A stretch of DNA of 64,000 nucleotides from Candidatus Omnitrophota bacterium (GTDB taxonomy: Bacteria > Omnitrophota > Omnitrophia > Omnitrophales > Aquincolibacteriaceae). The stretch spans positions 64,318 through 128,317 of the forward strand of contig CAIOAT010000003.1 of the NCBI GenBank assembly GCA_903856085.1, given 5' to 3'. A program made the position numbers and the translations under genes. Shown piece by piece: positions 8,490 to 17,633 of the stretch. Position 1 is the first letter of the stretch. Each line of letters begins with the position of its first letter. The notes beneath the pieces were generated by a model. The model saw nothing but the letters and a program-made list of their open reading frames with translations. It was not told the origin of the DNA and ran no database searches.

Positions 8490-9878
8490 ATGACAAACCG
8501 TATCGAGCAAGATCCCCTTGGCAGCAAAGAGGTGCCTGAAAATGCTTATTGGGGCATTCATACTCAGCGTGCCATTGAGAATTTTCCATTGAGTGGGCTT
8601 CGTGTGTCCCCGGGATTGATCCGCGCTTTGGTCACAGTCAAGAAGGCCGCATGTCTTGTGAACCTGGAATTGGGTTATCTCGCGGAGGAAAAAGCCAAAG
8701 CTATTTCGGCAGCCTGCGATGAAATCCTTGAGGGGAAATTATCCGACCATTGGCCGCTTGATGCGCTCCAGGGGGGTGCAGGAACTTCGACGAACATGAA
8801 CGTGAACGAAGTGATCGCCCATCGCGCAATCGAAATCCTGGGCGGAAAAAAAAGCCAGTACGAGCTTGTTCATCCGATTGAAGACGTGAACCTGCATCAG
8901 TCCACAAACGATGTTTACCCGACGGCTCTCAAAATGGCGGCGATCCTGGGACTTAAAACATTGAGTGAGGCAGCCGCGCAACTGCAGGGAGCTTTTCAGC
9001 AAAAAGAAAAAGAATTCGTCGGGATCATTAAAATAGGGAGGACCGAACTCCAGGAAGCCGTTCCTTTGACGTTGGGCGCAGAATTTGCGGCGTTTGCAGA
9101 GGCGGCAGCGCGCGATCGTTGGCGTACCTTTAAGTGCGAGGAGCGTTTGCGCGTTGTGAATCTCGGTGGTACCGCCATCGGAACCGGACTCGGCGCGCCG
9201 CACCGTTATATATTCCTCCTCATCGAAAAGTTACGCGAGATTACAGGGCTTGGCCTGAGCCGGAGCGAAAATATGATCGATGCCACGGCGAATGCGGATC
9301 CGTTCGTAGAAGTCTCCGGGATCTTAAAAGCTCACGCAAGCAATTTGCTGAAGATCGCAAATGATCTGCGGCTTATGAATCTCTTGGGCGAGATCGCGTT
9401 GCCGGGGCTTCAAAGCGGTTCTTCCATCATGCCGGGCAAAGTCAATCCTGTGATTCTGGAGGCCGTGATGCAAGCGGGGCTCAAGGTGATAGCCAATGAT
9501 CTTCTCGTGACGGAAGCAGCCTCACGCGGGTCATTTCAGATATGCGAATTCATGCCGCTTTTGGCCCACGCCCTGTTGGAGTCGATCGAAATTTTGACCC
9601 ATGCGGATCAAATGTTGGCGGCACATGTTGGCGGGATCAAAGCCGATCCGGAAAAGTGCCGGAAGTATGTCGATCAATCCGAAGGGATCATGACAGCGTT
9701 TGTGCCGTATCTCGGCTATGACAAAGCGGGCGAACTCTTGAAAGCGTTCAAGGCTTCGGCGCAGGGGAATCTCCGGGGGTTTCTGGAAGACCGGCTGGGT
9801 AAGGAAATTGTAGCGAAGACGCTTTCTCCTCAGAATCTTTTAGCGTTAGGGCACAAGGACCATGGAAAAAACACCTAA
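8490..9878 (+). CDS. Aspartate ammonia-lyase family protein (fumarate-lyase superfamily)
   Basis: 462 aa; fumarate-lyase signature GSSIMPGKVNP; N-terminus (EQDPLGSKEVPENAYWGIHTQRAIENF) closer to aspartase than class II fumarase; overlaps hydF start by 17 nt. Confidence 0.75.
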   Translation: MTNRIEQDPLGSKEVPENAYWGIHTQRAIENFPLSGLRVSPGLIRALVTVKKAACLVNLELGYLAEEKAKAISAACDEILEGKLSDHWPLDALQGGAGTSTNMNVNEVIAHRAIEILGGKKSQYELVHPIEDVNLHQSTNDVYPTALKMAAILGLKTLSEAAAQLQGAFQQKEKEFVGIIKIGRTELQEAVPLTLGAEFAAFAEAAARDRWRTFKCEERLRVVNLGGTAIGTGLGAPHRYIFLLIEKLREITGLGLSRSENMIDATANADPFVEVSGILKAHASNLLKIANDLRLMNLLGEIALPGLQSGSSIMPGKVNPVILEAVMQAGLKVIANDLLVTEAASRGSFQICEFMPLLAHALLESIEILTHADQMLAAHVGGIKADPEKCRKYVDQSEGIMTAFVPYLGYDKAGELLKAFKASAQGNLRGFLEDRLGKEIVAKTLSPQNLLALGHKDHGKNT

Positions 9879-11118
9879 ATCACTGCGGTTGCAGATCGGG
9901 ATCTTTGGTCGCACCAATGTGGGGAAATCGAGTTTTCTCAACATGGTGGCCGGCCAGGATGTGGCGGTTACTTCACCTGTGCCCGGCACGACCACGGATG
10001 TCGTCGAAAAGACCATGGAGCTTTTGCCGATCGGACCGGTGGTTTTTCTTGATACCGGGGGTATGGACGACAGTTCCGTATTGTCAGAAAAACGAATACA
10101 GAGAACGAAAAAGATTTTTGATCGCGCGGATGTCGTGGTGCTTGTGACCGAGCCCGAACAATGGACCGGGTTTGAAGACGCGATCTGTGACGAAGCTACG
10201 GAGAAAAAAGCTCCCTTGATTGTGGTAGTCAACAAAACGGATCTGGGTGTCCCGACCGCCGGTTTTCTTCAAAAGATTCGCGGGCGTTCAGAACGTATTT
10301 TGCTTTGTTCAAGCGTGGATGTCAGCAAACGAGATGATCTCGTGAACGATCTTAAGCGGAATCTGCTCGAAGTTTGTCCGGAGGATTTCCTGAGGCCGCC
10401 TCCCTTGATCGGAGATCTTGTGCCGGCGGGCGGACTTGTGGTCCTGATCGTTCCGATCGATCTTGAAGCGCCCAAAGGTCGCTTGATCTTGCCTCAGGTC
10501 CAGACGATCCGGGAAGTTCTGGATAGTGACGCCGCGGTGCTGGTGGTCAAAGAACGGGAATACGCCGCTTTGCTTATGCGGCTGAAGAACCCGCCGGACC
10601 TTGTGGTCTGTGATTCGCAAGTGGTGCTCAAGATGGTTGCCGATACACCGCCGGCGGTCAAATGTACGACATTTTCCATTCTTTTTTCGAGGCTTAAGGG
10701 CGATCTGACCGAAATGGTCAAAGGTGTTACGGCGATCGACAGATTGAAGTCTGGGGACAAGGTTCTGATCGCGGAATCTTGCAGTCATCACGCCGTCGAA
10801 GATGACATTGGCCGTGTAAAGATTCCGCGTTGGCTCAGGCAATACGCGGGCGTGGAACTGGATATAAGGAGCTCCGCGGGTCGCGATTATCCGGAGGACC
10901 TTGAGACTTACAAGCTCATTATTCATTGCGGGTCGTGCATGCTGACGCGCCGGGAGATGCTTTTTCGTATCGGAAAGGCAAAGGCCAGGGGTGTTCCTAT
11001 CACGAATTACGGTGTCGCGATCTCGTTTGTCCAAGGAGTGCTTGATAGGACGCTTGCGCCATTTCCGATGGTGCTAGAAGCTTATCGGAGCCAGATTCAA
11101 GCAGGAGAGAGGAAATAA
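9862..11118 (+). CDS. hydF: [FeFe]-hydrogenase H-cluster maturation GTPase HydF
   Basis: 418 aa; GTPase motifs GRTNVGKSS, DTGG, NKTD; C-terminal Fe-S ligands CSHH ... HCGSC. Confidence 0.85.
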   Translation: MEKTPKSLRLQIGIFGRTNVGKSSFLNMVAGQDVAVTSPVPGTTTDVVEKTMELLPIGPVVFLDTGGMDDSSVLSEKRIQRTKKIFDRADVVVLVTEPEQWTGFEDAICDEATEKKAPLIVVVNKTDLGVPTAGFLQKIRGRSERILLCSSVDVSKRDDLVNDLKRNLLEVCPEDFLRPPPLIGDLVPAGGLVVLIVPIDLEAPKGRLILPQVQTIREVLDSDAAVLVVKEREYAALLMRLKNPPDLVVCDSQVVLKMVADTPPAVKCTTFSILFSRLKGDLTEMVKGVTAIDRLKSGDKVLIAESCSHHAVEDDIGRVKIPRWLRQYAGVELDIRSSAGRDYPEDLETYKLIIHCGSCMLTRREMLFRIGKAKARGVPITNYGVAISFVQGVLDRTLAPFPMVLEAYRSQIQAGERK

Positions 11119-11121
11119 AAA

Positions 11122-12618
11122 ATGAATACTCAGTTTCAAGATGTTCATCCGTGGATCAGAGATCGAATTAAACAGGACCAGATCGATCGCTATCTCGATC
11201 ATGGCCGTGATTTTATCGATGATGCCGGGATCTGGAACAAAATCGAGACAGCGCTGGAACCCGATGCCGCAACCGTGCGTGCTCTTCTCTCGAAATCGCT
11301 TTCCGTCCAGACACTTACGCCGGAAGAACTGGCGGTGCTGATCCGCGTTCAGGATCCCGAGATGCTGCAGGAAATGGAAGTCGCCGCTTTTACGATCAAG
11401 AAAAAGGTCTATGACAACCGCATCGTCACGTTCGCGCCGCTTTACATGGGCAATTACTGTGTGAATAACTGCGCCTATTGTGGATTCAAACAGGAGAATC
11501 TCAAGGCGAAGCGCCGTGTCCTTTCGATGGATGAGATTCGTAAAGAGACTGAAAGTTTGACCGGGAAGATCGGTCACAAGCGTATTATCGCGGTCTACGG
11601 CGAGCATCCGCTGACGGGGATCGATTATATCCTGGAGAGCATGAAAACGATCTACGATGTGAAGACGCCGACCAAACACGGCTACGGTAATATCCGCCGT
11701 ATCAATGTGAATGCCGCGCCGATGTCGATCGAGGAGCTTACGCGTCTTCGGGATGGCGGGCTCGGAACCTATCAGGTGTTCCAGGAAACGTATCACCACG
11801 AGACTTACGCGAAGCTTCATCCGAAGGGCACGCTTAAATCCGATTACCGGTGGCGGCTCTATGCCATGCATCGCGCGATGGAGGCAGGGATCGATGACGT
11901 GGGGATCGGCGTGCTGTTCGGACTCTATGATTGGCGTTTTGAGGTGATGGCGCTTCTTTATCACGCCCTCCACCTCGAGGCAAAGATGGGGATCGGCCCG
12001 CACACGGTTTCGTTCCCGCGCATGGAACCCGCTCTCAATTCCGAATATGCCGAACATTCGCCCTACAAAGTTTCCGACGAAGATTTCAAGAAGATCATTC
12101 TGCTGATCCGTCTCGCCATTCCTTACACCGGCATGATCATCACAGCACGCGAGACGGCCCCGATGCGCCGCGCTGCGATCGGTCTCGGTATCACGCAGAC
12201 CGATGCTTCCACAAAGATTGGGATCGGAAGTTACAGCGAAGAGGGAAAGGGCCAGGAATCCGAACGGCAACAGTTCATGCTTGGCGATACGCGGAGCCTC
12301 GACGAGTTGGTCAAGGATTTCGCGGAAATGGGACACATTACTTCGTTTTGCACAGCCGGATATCGATGTGGCCGGACTGGAAAATGCATCATGGATCTGC
12401 TTCGTAGCGGTCAGGAAGGAAAATTCTGCAAACTGAACGCCGTGCTGACTTTTCAGGAATGGTTGGATGATTTCGCGACCCCGGCAACCCGCGAAGCCGG
12501 ACTCCGGGTTCTCGAGCGTGAGCTCGAAGAGATCCGTACCCGGAATCCTCAAGGGTTCCCGGTTTTTTATCAATTCCTTGAACGTGTTCGTAAAGGGGAG
12601 AGGGATCTCTTTCTGTAA
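11122..12618 (+). CDS. hydG: [FeFe]-hydrogenase maturase HydG (radical SAM tyrosine lyase)
   Basis: 498 aa; radical SAM CVNNCAYCGF; C-terminal auxiliary cluster cysteines (CTAGYRCGRTGKC). Confidence 0.85.
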   Translation: MNTQFQDVHPWIRDRIKQDQIDRYLDHGRDFIDDAGIWNKIETALEPDAATVRALLSKSLSVQTLTPEELAVLIRVQDPEMLQEMEVAAFTIKKKVYDNRIVTFAPLYMGNYCVNNCAYCGFKQENLKAKRRVLSMDEIRKETESLTGKIGHKRIIAVYGEHPLTGIDYILESMKTIYDVKTPTKHGYGNIRRINVNAAPMSIEELTRLRDGGLGTYQVFQETYHHETYAKLHPKGTLKSDYRWRLYAMHRAMEAGIDDVGIGVLFGLYDWRFEVMALLYHALHLEAKMGIGPHTVSFPRMEPALNSEYAEHSPYKVSDEDFKKIILLIRLAIPYTGMIITARETAPMRRAAIGLGITQTDASTKIGIGSYSEEGKGQESERQQFMLGDTRSLDELVKDFAEMGHITSFCTAGYRCGRTGKCIMDLLRSGQEGKFCKLNAVLTFQEWLDDFATPATREAGLRVLERELEEIRTRNPQGFPVFYQFLERVRKGERDLFL

Positions 12619-12649
12619 ACGAATAAGGCGCACGGAGTATGGATAAAAA

Positions 12650-13711
12650 ATGCAAGATCTGACACGGGAAGAGATGCTGGCGTGGTTTAGCGAAAAAGAT
12701 CCTCAGAAGCTCGAGGGGCTTTTCCGGGAGGCGCGTGCGTGCGCCATCCGGCATGTGGGCTCCAAAGTTTATTTTCGTGGCATTATTGAGTTCAGCAATC
12801 TCTGTGCGAAAGATTGTTACTATTGTGGTATTCGCAAGAGCAACCCGAATGTTCCCCGTTTCACCATGAGTGAACATGAGATCCTGGAATGTGCGATGGC
12901 AGCTCAAGAAATGGACTATGGATCCATCGTTCTACAGTCCGGCGAGCGCCAGGATGAGGTCTTTGTCCGTTTCATTGAGGGTGTGCTCCGGAAGATCAAA
13001 AACGCAACTTCCGGAAAACTGGGAATCACGCTTTCCTTGGGGGAGCAAACCGCGGAAACTTATGCGCGATGGTTTGGGGCGGGTGCGCACCGGTATCTTC
13101 TCCGGATCGAGACAAGTGATCCTGTTCTCTACAAGAGACTTCACCCTCCAGATCATTCCTTCGAAACGCGTCGCGAATGTCTCAGAACGCTCCGCCGTAT
13201 AGGCTATCAGGTTGGGACCGGTGTTATGATCGGTCTTCCTTTCCAGACGCACGAAAATCTGGTCGAAGATATTCTGTTCTTCAAGAACGAAGAGATTGAT
13301 ATGATTGGCATGGGGCCGTATGTTCCTCATGGAGAGACACCTCTGGTGCAAGAAGTTGATACCGGGGAAAATTTCAGACTTGGGCTCGTGATGATCGCTC
13401 TTTCAAGACTCACCCTGAAAAACGTGAATATTGCGGCCGCGACCGCGCTCCAAACGCTGGATCCCTCCGGAAGAGAAAAAGGGGTTCAGGCCGGTGCTAA
13501 TATCATCATGCCGAACATTACGCCTACGGACTATCGCAAGTTCTACCAGCTTTACGACAACAAGCCTTGTCTCGATGAAAACGCTCGCCAGTGCAAGAGC
13601 TGTCTTGAGAAGCGTATCCGAGCGGCAGGGGCTGAGATCGGCTATGGCGAATGGGGTGATTCCGTGCATTTTTTGAAAAAGCAGAAATCCTTAAAAGAAA
13701 GCAAGTCGTAG
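12650..13711 (+). CDS. hydE: [FeFe]-hydrogenase maturase HydE (radical SAM)
   Basis: 353 aa; CAKDCYYCGIR radical SAM motif; biotin-synthase-like fold pattern; follows hydG. Confidence 0.8.
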   Translation: MQDLTREEMLAWFSEKDPQKLEGLFREARACAIRHVGSKVYFRGIIEFSNLCAKDCYYCGIRKSNPNVPRFTMSEHEILECAMAAQEMDYGSIVLQSGERQDEVFVRFIEGVLRKIKNATSGKLGITLSLGEQTAETYARWFGAGAHRYLLRIETSDPVLYKRLHPPDHSFETRRECLRTLRRIGYQVGTGVMIGLPFQTHENLVEDILFFKNEEIDMIGMGPYVPHGETPLVQEVDTGENFRLGLVMIALSRLTLKNVNIAAATALQTLDPSGREKGVQAGANIIMPNITPTDYRKFYQLYDNKPCLDENARQCKSCLEKRIRAAGAEIGYGEWGDSVHFLKKQKSLKESKS

Positions 13712-13993
13712 GTGGTATGTAGTAGGTTGTGTTGCCATCTATGATTTTTGAGGTGTATTCTACGCTTGATATCTTCAAAAAATATGATAGAACATAGTGC
13801 CGTCGGATCGGCAAAGGCCTGTTTTAAGAACCCGCCCAGTCCCAATATCAACGATCGAAGGGAAGCTGAGCGTGTGGTCGTCTGAACCGTCATGGGTGAA
13901 GTGAAAAGTTTGGGCGGAAATAGGGCAGCTCGGGATTCCTATTGAGCAATGGAAGATGAAAGCCGCGACACGTGCAATCTAACGAGGTGGACC

Positions 13994-14377
13994 ATGGATA
14001 AAAAAGAATTCTACGCGAAGTCGGAAAAGATTATTAATGAAACTTTTGAGGCTGTCAAAAAGTACGCCAAGGTTGTGGCGGAAAAGACGGGAGAGGCGGC
14101 CCATGTCACGAGGCTTTTGATCCAGAAAGCGACCCTAGAGCATCAGATGACCAAGGCGTTCTCCCAACTGGGCAGCCAGGTCTATCAAACGACAGAGAGA
14201 CAGGGAGAGAAGCTTGATCTTGAGGCTCCCGAGATACAGAAGGTGCTCGGAGAGATCAAAAAACTAGACACCGAACTCGGTCAGGTCGAAGCGGTGCTTG
14301 AAAAGGAACGTAAGGTCAAGGCCGTCAAAGAAGCTAAGTTGAAATCTGTCCGAAAGCGAACAGGCAAGTCCTCATAA
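13994..14377 (+). CDS. Hypothetical coiled-coil protein (phasin-like composition)
   Basis: ORF 13949..14377; ATG 13994 preceded by GAGGTGG; K/E-rich heptad-like sequence; no recognised catalytic motif. Confidence 0.4.
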   Translation: MDKKEFYAKSEKIINETFEAVKKYAKVVAEKTGEAAHVTRLLIQKATLEHQMTKAFSQLGSQVYQTTERQGEKLDLEAPEIQKVLGEIKKLDTELGQVEAVLEKERKVKAVKEAKLKSVRKRTGKSS

Positions 14378-14407
14378 AGATCGCAAGTCATTGAAATTAT
14401 AATTCAT

Positions 14408-14489
14408 GCGAGCGTGGTGAAACTGGCAGACACATCAGCTTGAGGGGCTGACGCCGCAAGGCATGGAGGTTCAAGTCCTCTCGCTCGCA
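14408..14489 (+). tRNA. tRNA-Leu (anticodon GAG), class II with long variable arm
   Basis: Acceptor stem GCGAGCG/CGCTCGC, 3-bp D-stem GTG/CAC with GG in D-loop, anticodon stem TCAGC/GCTGA with loop TTGAGGG (anticodon GAG, G37), 14-nt variable arm, T-arm GGAGG-TTCAAGT-CCTCT, discriminator A; CCA not encoded; architecture parallels E. coli tRNA-Leu. Confidence 0.85.
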
Positions 14490-14595
14490 TTTGTTTTTTG
14501 TCAAACAAGTACGTCCTCGTGACGGTTCAGGGAAGGCCGTCTGCGATGAACGCATTGTTTTTACAACCTTGTTACCTCAGAGGAATCCACAGGAT

Positions 14596-15963
14596 ATGAT
14601 CCCATCCCATATTTTTAGAGAATACGATATTCGAGGCATTGCGGGAAAAGAACTTACGGAAGAGGTTGCTCTCGCAATCGGGAAGGCGTTCGGCTCAGTT
14701 CTGATCCGTGAAGGCAAGAAAAATATTGCCGTCGCGCATGATCACCGATGGAGCTGGGAATTCCTTTTTCGCGGACTGTCAAACGGGCTTCAGAGCTGCG
14801 GACTTACGGTGATTGATATCGGATTGGCCCCGACTCCGGTTCTCTATTTTTATGTGACGAACAATAAACTCGATGCTGGGATCTCGCTGACGGGTTCTCA
14901 CAATCCTCCGGATGAAAACGGTTTCAAATTCCAGCATGCCAGCCGCTCCTTCTACGGGAAGGAAATTCAGAATCTCAAGCTGGTCATCGACAAAAATGAT
15001 TTTGTGACCGGTCAGGGCAAGGTCGAGCAGCCGGACCACGCGGGAGTCCTCAAGTCCTACGAGGATTTTATAGCGAGCGGATTCAAATTCACAAAAAAAC
15101 TGAAGGTCGTTTTGGATACGGGGCATGGCATGGGCGGCCTTACGGCACCGACGCTTATTCGTCGGTTCGGGCACGATGTGACTGTTCTTTTTGAGAATCT
15201 CGATCCTAAAATGCCGGACCATCAAGCCGATCCGTCGGTACCTGATAATCTAAAAGATCTTCAACGGAAAGTTGTTGAGATAAAAGCGGATATTGGCATT
15301 GCTTTTGACGGAGATGCCGACCGTATCGGCGTGGTCGATGAAAAAGGGCATATCCTTTTTGGCGACAAACTTCTTCTTCTTTATGCGCGCGAGATCCTTA
15401 CCCGCAAGCCGGGCGCGGTGATCATCGGGGACGTAAAAAGTTCCAAGCAAATCTACGACGATATTGCCAAACGTGGCGGAAAACCTCTGATGTGGAAGAC
15501 CGGACATTCCCTTATCAAGGCGAAGATGAAAGAAACCGGCGCTGAGATGGCGGGGGAGATGAGCGGACACATGTTCTTTAAAGACCGTTGGCTCGGATTT
15601 GATGACGCGGTTTACGCGGCGTGCAGGATCCTTGAGATCGCGGACAAGGCGAATGCGCCGTTTTCAACGCTCCTTGCCGATGTGCCGCAATTGGTGAATA
15701 CGCCTGAAATCCGTTTTGAACTTCCCGAAGAGATTAAATTCAAGGTGATTGCTCAGGTTGTGGCGAACCTCAAAAAGAAATATGAGGTTATTGATATCGA
15801 TGGCGCCCGTGTCCAATTTCCGGACGGGTGGGGGTTGGTGCGTGCCTCGAATACCCAGCCTGTGCTCGTGATGCGCTTTGAAGCCGAGACTCAAAAGCGT
15901 CTTGATGAGATCCGGGCGATCGTCGAGAATGAGCTCAAGACCGTGATGCGCGGGATGAGCTGA
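14596..15963 (+). CDS. Phosphomannomutase/phosphoglucomutase
   Basis: ATG 14596 (MIPSHIFREYDIRG...); active-site serine loop GSHNPPDENG; track ORF begins at a TTG inside the tRNA flank, judged spurious extension. Confidence 0.8.
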   Translation: MIPSHIFREYDIRGIAGKELTEEVALAIGKAFGSVLIREGKKNIAVAHDHRWSWEFLFRGLSNGLQSCGLTVIDIGLAPTPVLYFYVTNNKLDAGISLTGSHNPPDENGFKFQHASRSFYGKEIQNLKLVIDKNDFVTGQGKVEQPDHAGVLKSYEDFIASGFKFTKKLKVVLDTGHGMGGLTAPTLIRRFGHDVTVLFENLDPKMPDHQADPSVPDNLKDLQRKVVEIKADIGIAFDGDADRIGVVDEKGHILFGDKLLLLYAREILTRKPGAVIIGDVKSSKQIYDDIAKRGGKPLMWKTGHSLIKAKMKETGAEMAGEMSGHMFFKDRWLGFDDAVYAACRILEIADKANAPFSTLLADVPQLVNTPEIRFELPEEIKFKVIAQVVANLKKKYEVIDIDGARVQFPDGWGLVRASNTQPVLVMRFEAETQKRLDEIRAIVENELKTVMRGMS

Positions 15964-17027
15964 TGAACTGGGCGGTCATCATGGCCGGCGGGAGCGGTAC
16001 ACGCTTCTGGCCGGAAAGCCGTAAGCATCGCGCTAAACAATTTCTAAACCTCTTTGGCCGCAAGACGCTTCTTGAGCAGTCCTTCAACCGCATCAAAAAA
16101 GTAATACCCTCGTCGCGCATTCTAGTTTTTACCGCTTTGGATAAAGCCGCTTCGACGGCGAAACAGCTCCACATCCCGCGTTCGCAAGTGATCGGGGAGC
16201 CGGTCGGACGCAATACGGCGCCCTGCGCAGCGTGGGCCGCATCCTTGATCTTGCGAAAGGATCCTTCGGCGGTCATGGGTATTTTCCCAGCCGATCATTT
16301 CATTAAAGATGAAACTACTTTCGCAAAAGTCCTTCGTGTTGCTTATGAACAAGCGGATCAAGAAGGGATGCCCGTGACGCTGGGGATCAAACCCGATCAA
16401 CCCCACACGGGATATGGCTATCTCGAAATGGCATCAAAGAACGTGACGGTTCGCGGCACGCCGGTTTTTTTTCTTAAATGCTTTCACGAGAAGCCCCAAC
16501 TTGCGCGGGCTCAGGCCTATTTCCGTTCACGGAAATTTCTCTGGAATGCCGGGATCTTCATTTGGCGTGCGGATTGTCTTCTAGAAACTACGCGCCGTGA
16601 GCTTCCCGCTGTTTTTAAAACGGTCGTGAAAATCGCGGCTGGAGGGATCTCTGCGGCGGTTGTTAAAAAACTTTTCTCAAAAGTTCCCAGCATTTCGATC
16701 GATTATGGGTTGATGGAAAAGCTTGCCGGCGGAATTTTGACGATTCCTGTCGCGATGGGTTGGAGCGATGTCGGGAGTTGGTCGACGCTCAAGGATGTTC
16801 TTCCTATCGACGAGAACAAAAATCTTTCCATCGGTAACAATCTATTGGTGGAAAGTTCCGGTAATGTTGTAAAAGGCTCGGGCCGTTTGATCGCGACGGT
16901 GGGGCTCAGGGATCACGTGGTGGTCGACACGGGAGACGCGGTGTTGGTTTGTCCCATAAGTGAAACCGAATCCATCCGCAAGATCGTTAACGAACTTAAA
17001 ATAAAAAATATGCACCGTTTTCTCTAA
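15963..17027 (+). CDS. Mannose-1-phosphate guanylyltransferase (GDP-mannose pyrophosphorylase)
   Basis: 354 aa; N-terminal nucleotidyltransferase motif AVIMAGGSGTRFWP; start overlaps PMM stop (ATGA). Confidence 0.8.
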   Translation: MNWAVIMAGGSGTRFWPESRKHRAKQFLNLFGRKTLLEQSFNRIKKVIPSSRILVFTALDKAASTAKQLHIPRSQVIGEPVGRNTAPCAAWAASLILRKDPSAVMGIFPADHFIKDETTFAKVLRVAYEQADQEGMPVTLGIKPDQPHTGYGYLEMASKNVTVRGTPVFFLKCFHEKPQLARAQAYFRSRKFLWNAGIFIWRADCLLETTRRELPAVFKTVVKIAAGGISAAVVKKLFSKVPSISIDYGLMEKLAGGILTIPVAMGWSDVGSWSTLKDVLPIDENKNLSIGNNLLVESSGNVVKGSGRLIATVGLRDHVVVDTGDAVLVCPISETESIRKIVNELKIKNMHRFL

Positions 17028-17042
17028 CATAGGAGATTTATC

Positions 17043-17279
17043 ATGAAAGCATCGATCAAGTTCTCGGCTCTGCTCCTTTCAACGTTAGTACTTTCGGGTT
17101 GTGCGGCTTGTCCGTGTAAACAAAATGCGGCGGAAACTGCAACATCCAACACTGTTAGTGCTACCAAAACGGTTGCGGCAGCAGTGGCGCCCAAGGTTAT
17201 GCAAGAACCCGTTGCCGTTGTTCCGGTGACCCCCACAACACCCGTGGCGAAAAAGATTCCTGCAGCGGTGATGAAATAA
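17043..17279 (+). CDS. Small lipoprotein
   Basis: 78 aa; signal peptide with lipobox LSGC, followed by AACPC; A/V/P/T-rich tail. Confidence 0.45.
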   Translation: MKASIKFSALLLSTLVLSGCAACPCKQNAAETATSNTVSATKTVAAAVAPKVMQEPVAVVPVTPTTPVAKKIPAAVMK

Positions 17280-17317
17280 ACAATCTGATAGCACGGGGAT
17301 CGAAAAGGAGATTTCTT

Positions 17318-17611
17318 ATGAAATTTTCGAAGAATATTATTTTCGCGGCGGTGTTTTTAGCTTTTTCAGGCTGCGTGGCGAGTCATTACATAAATGATAA
17401 GGGCTGCGATTGCACGCGCCGGTATTTCACGCCTTTCGGTATTTCGGTGAAAAGTTGCTCCAAGACGCCCTCGACGGATGCCCAACCGGCCAAAGCCAAG
17501 GGAGAAGAGCTTAAAGTGGCGCCTCTTGCGCCTTCTCCTTCTCTCAGGCAGACCACACCGGCTAAAACAATCGAACAGAATATCAAAGCAACCACTCAGG
17601 CGCTCCGGTAA
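17318..17611 (+). CDS. Small lipoprotein
   Basis: 97 aa; signal peptide with lipobox FSGC; extra cysteines (CDC, C). Confidence 0.45.
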   Translation: MKFSKNIIFAAVFLAFSGCVASHYINDKGCDCTRRYFTPFGISVKSCSKTPSTDAQPAKAKGEELKVAPLAPSPSLRQTTPAKTIEQNIKATTQALR

Positions 17612-17633
17612 AGAGCGTCTCTCAGGCCCCACT

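Noticed and set aside
11074-12633. 519-aa minus-strand ORF fully antisense to hydG (likewise 4169..5221, 5432..6208, 10309..11034, 18533..19594, 26531..27400, 27714..28490, 32545..33345, 54347..55318, 55431..56399, 59287..60129)
   Set aside because: The plus-strand partners carry unmistakable catalytic motifs. Long antisense ORFs are common in GC-rich coding DNA, and their translations are low-complexity and Arg-rich with no motifs.
13835-13915. SRP (4.5S) RNA-like motif GAAGGGAAGCUGAGC
   Set aside because: It resembles only the 3' strand of domain IV. The 5' strand (AUCAACGAUC) and the tetraloop (GAAG rather than GNRA) do not fit, and no convincing long helix closes the molecule. It is kept only as a low-confidence ncRNA candidate in the findings.
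14491-14595. TTG-start N-terminal extension of the phosphomannomutase ORF
   Set aside because: The extension begins 2 nt after the tRNA-Leu 3' end and adds a non-conserved 35-aa leader. A canonical ATG with an upstream GAGGA lies at 14596, where the conserved PMM sequence begins.
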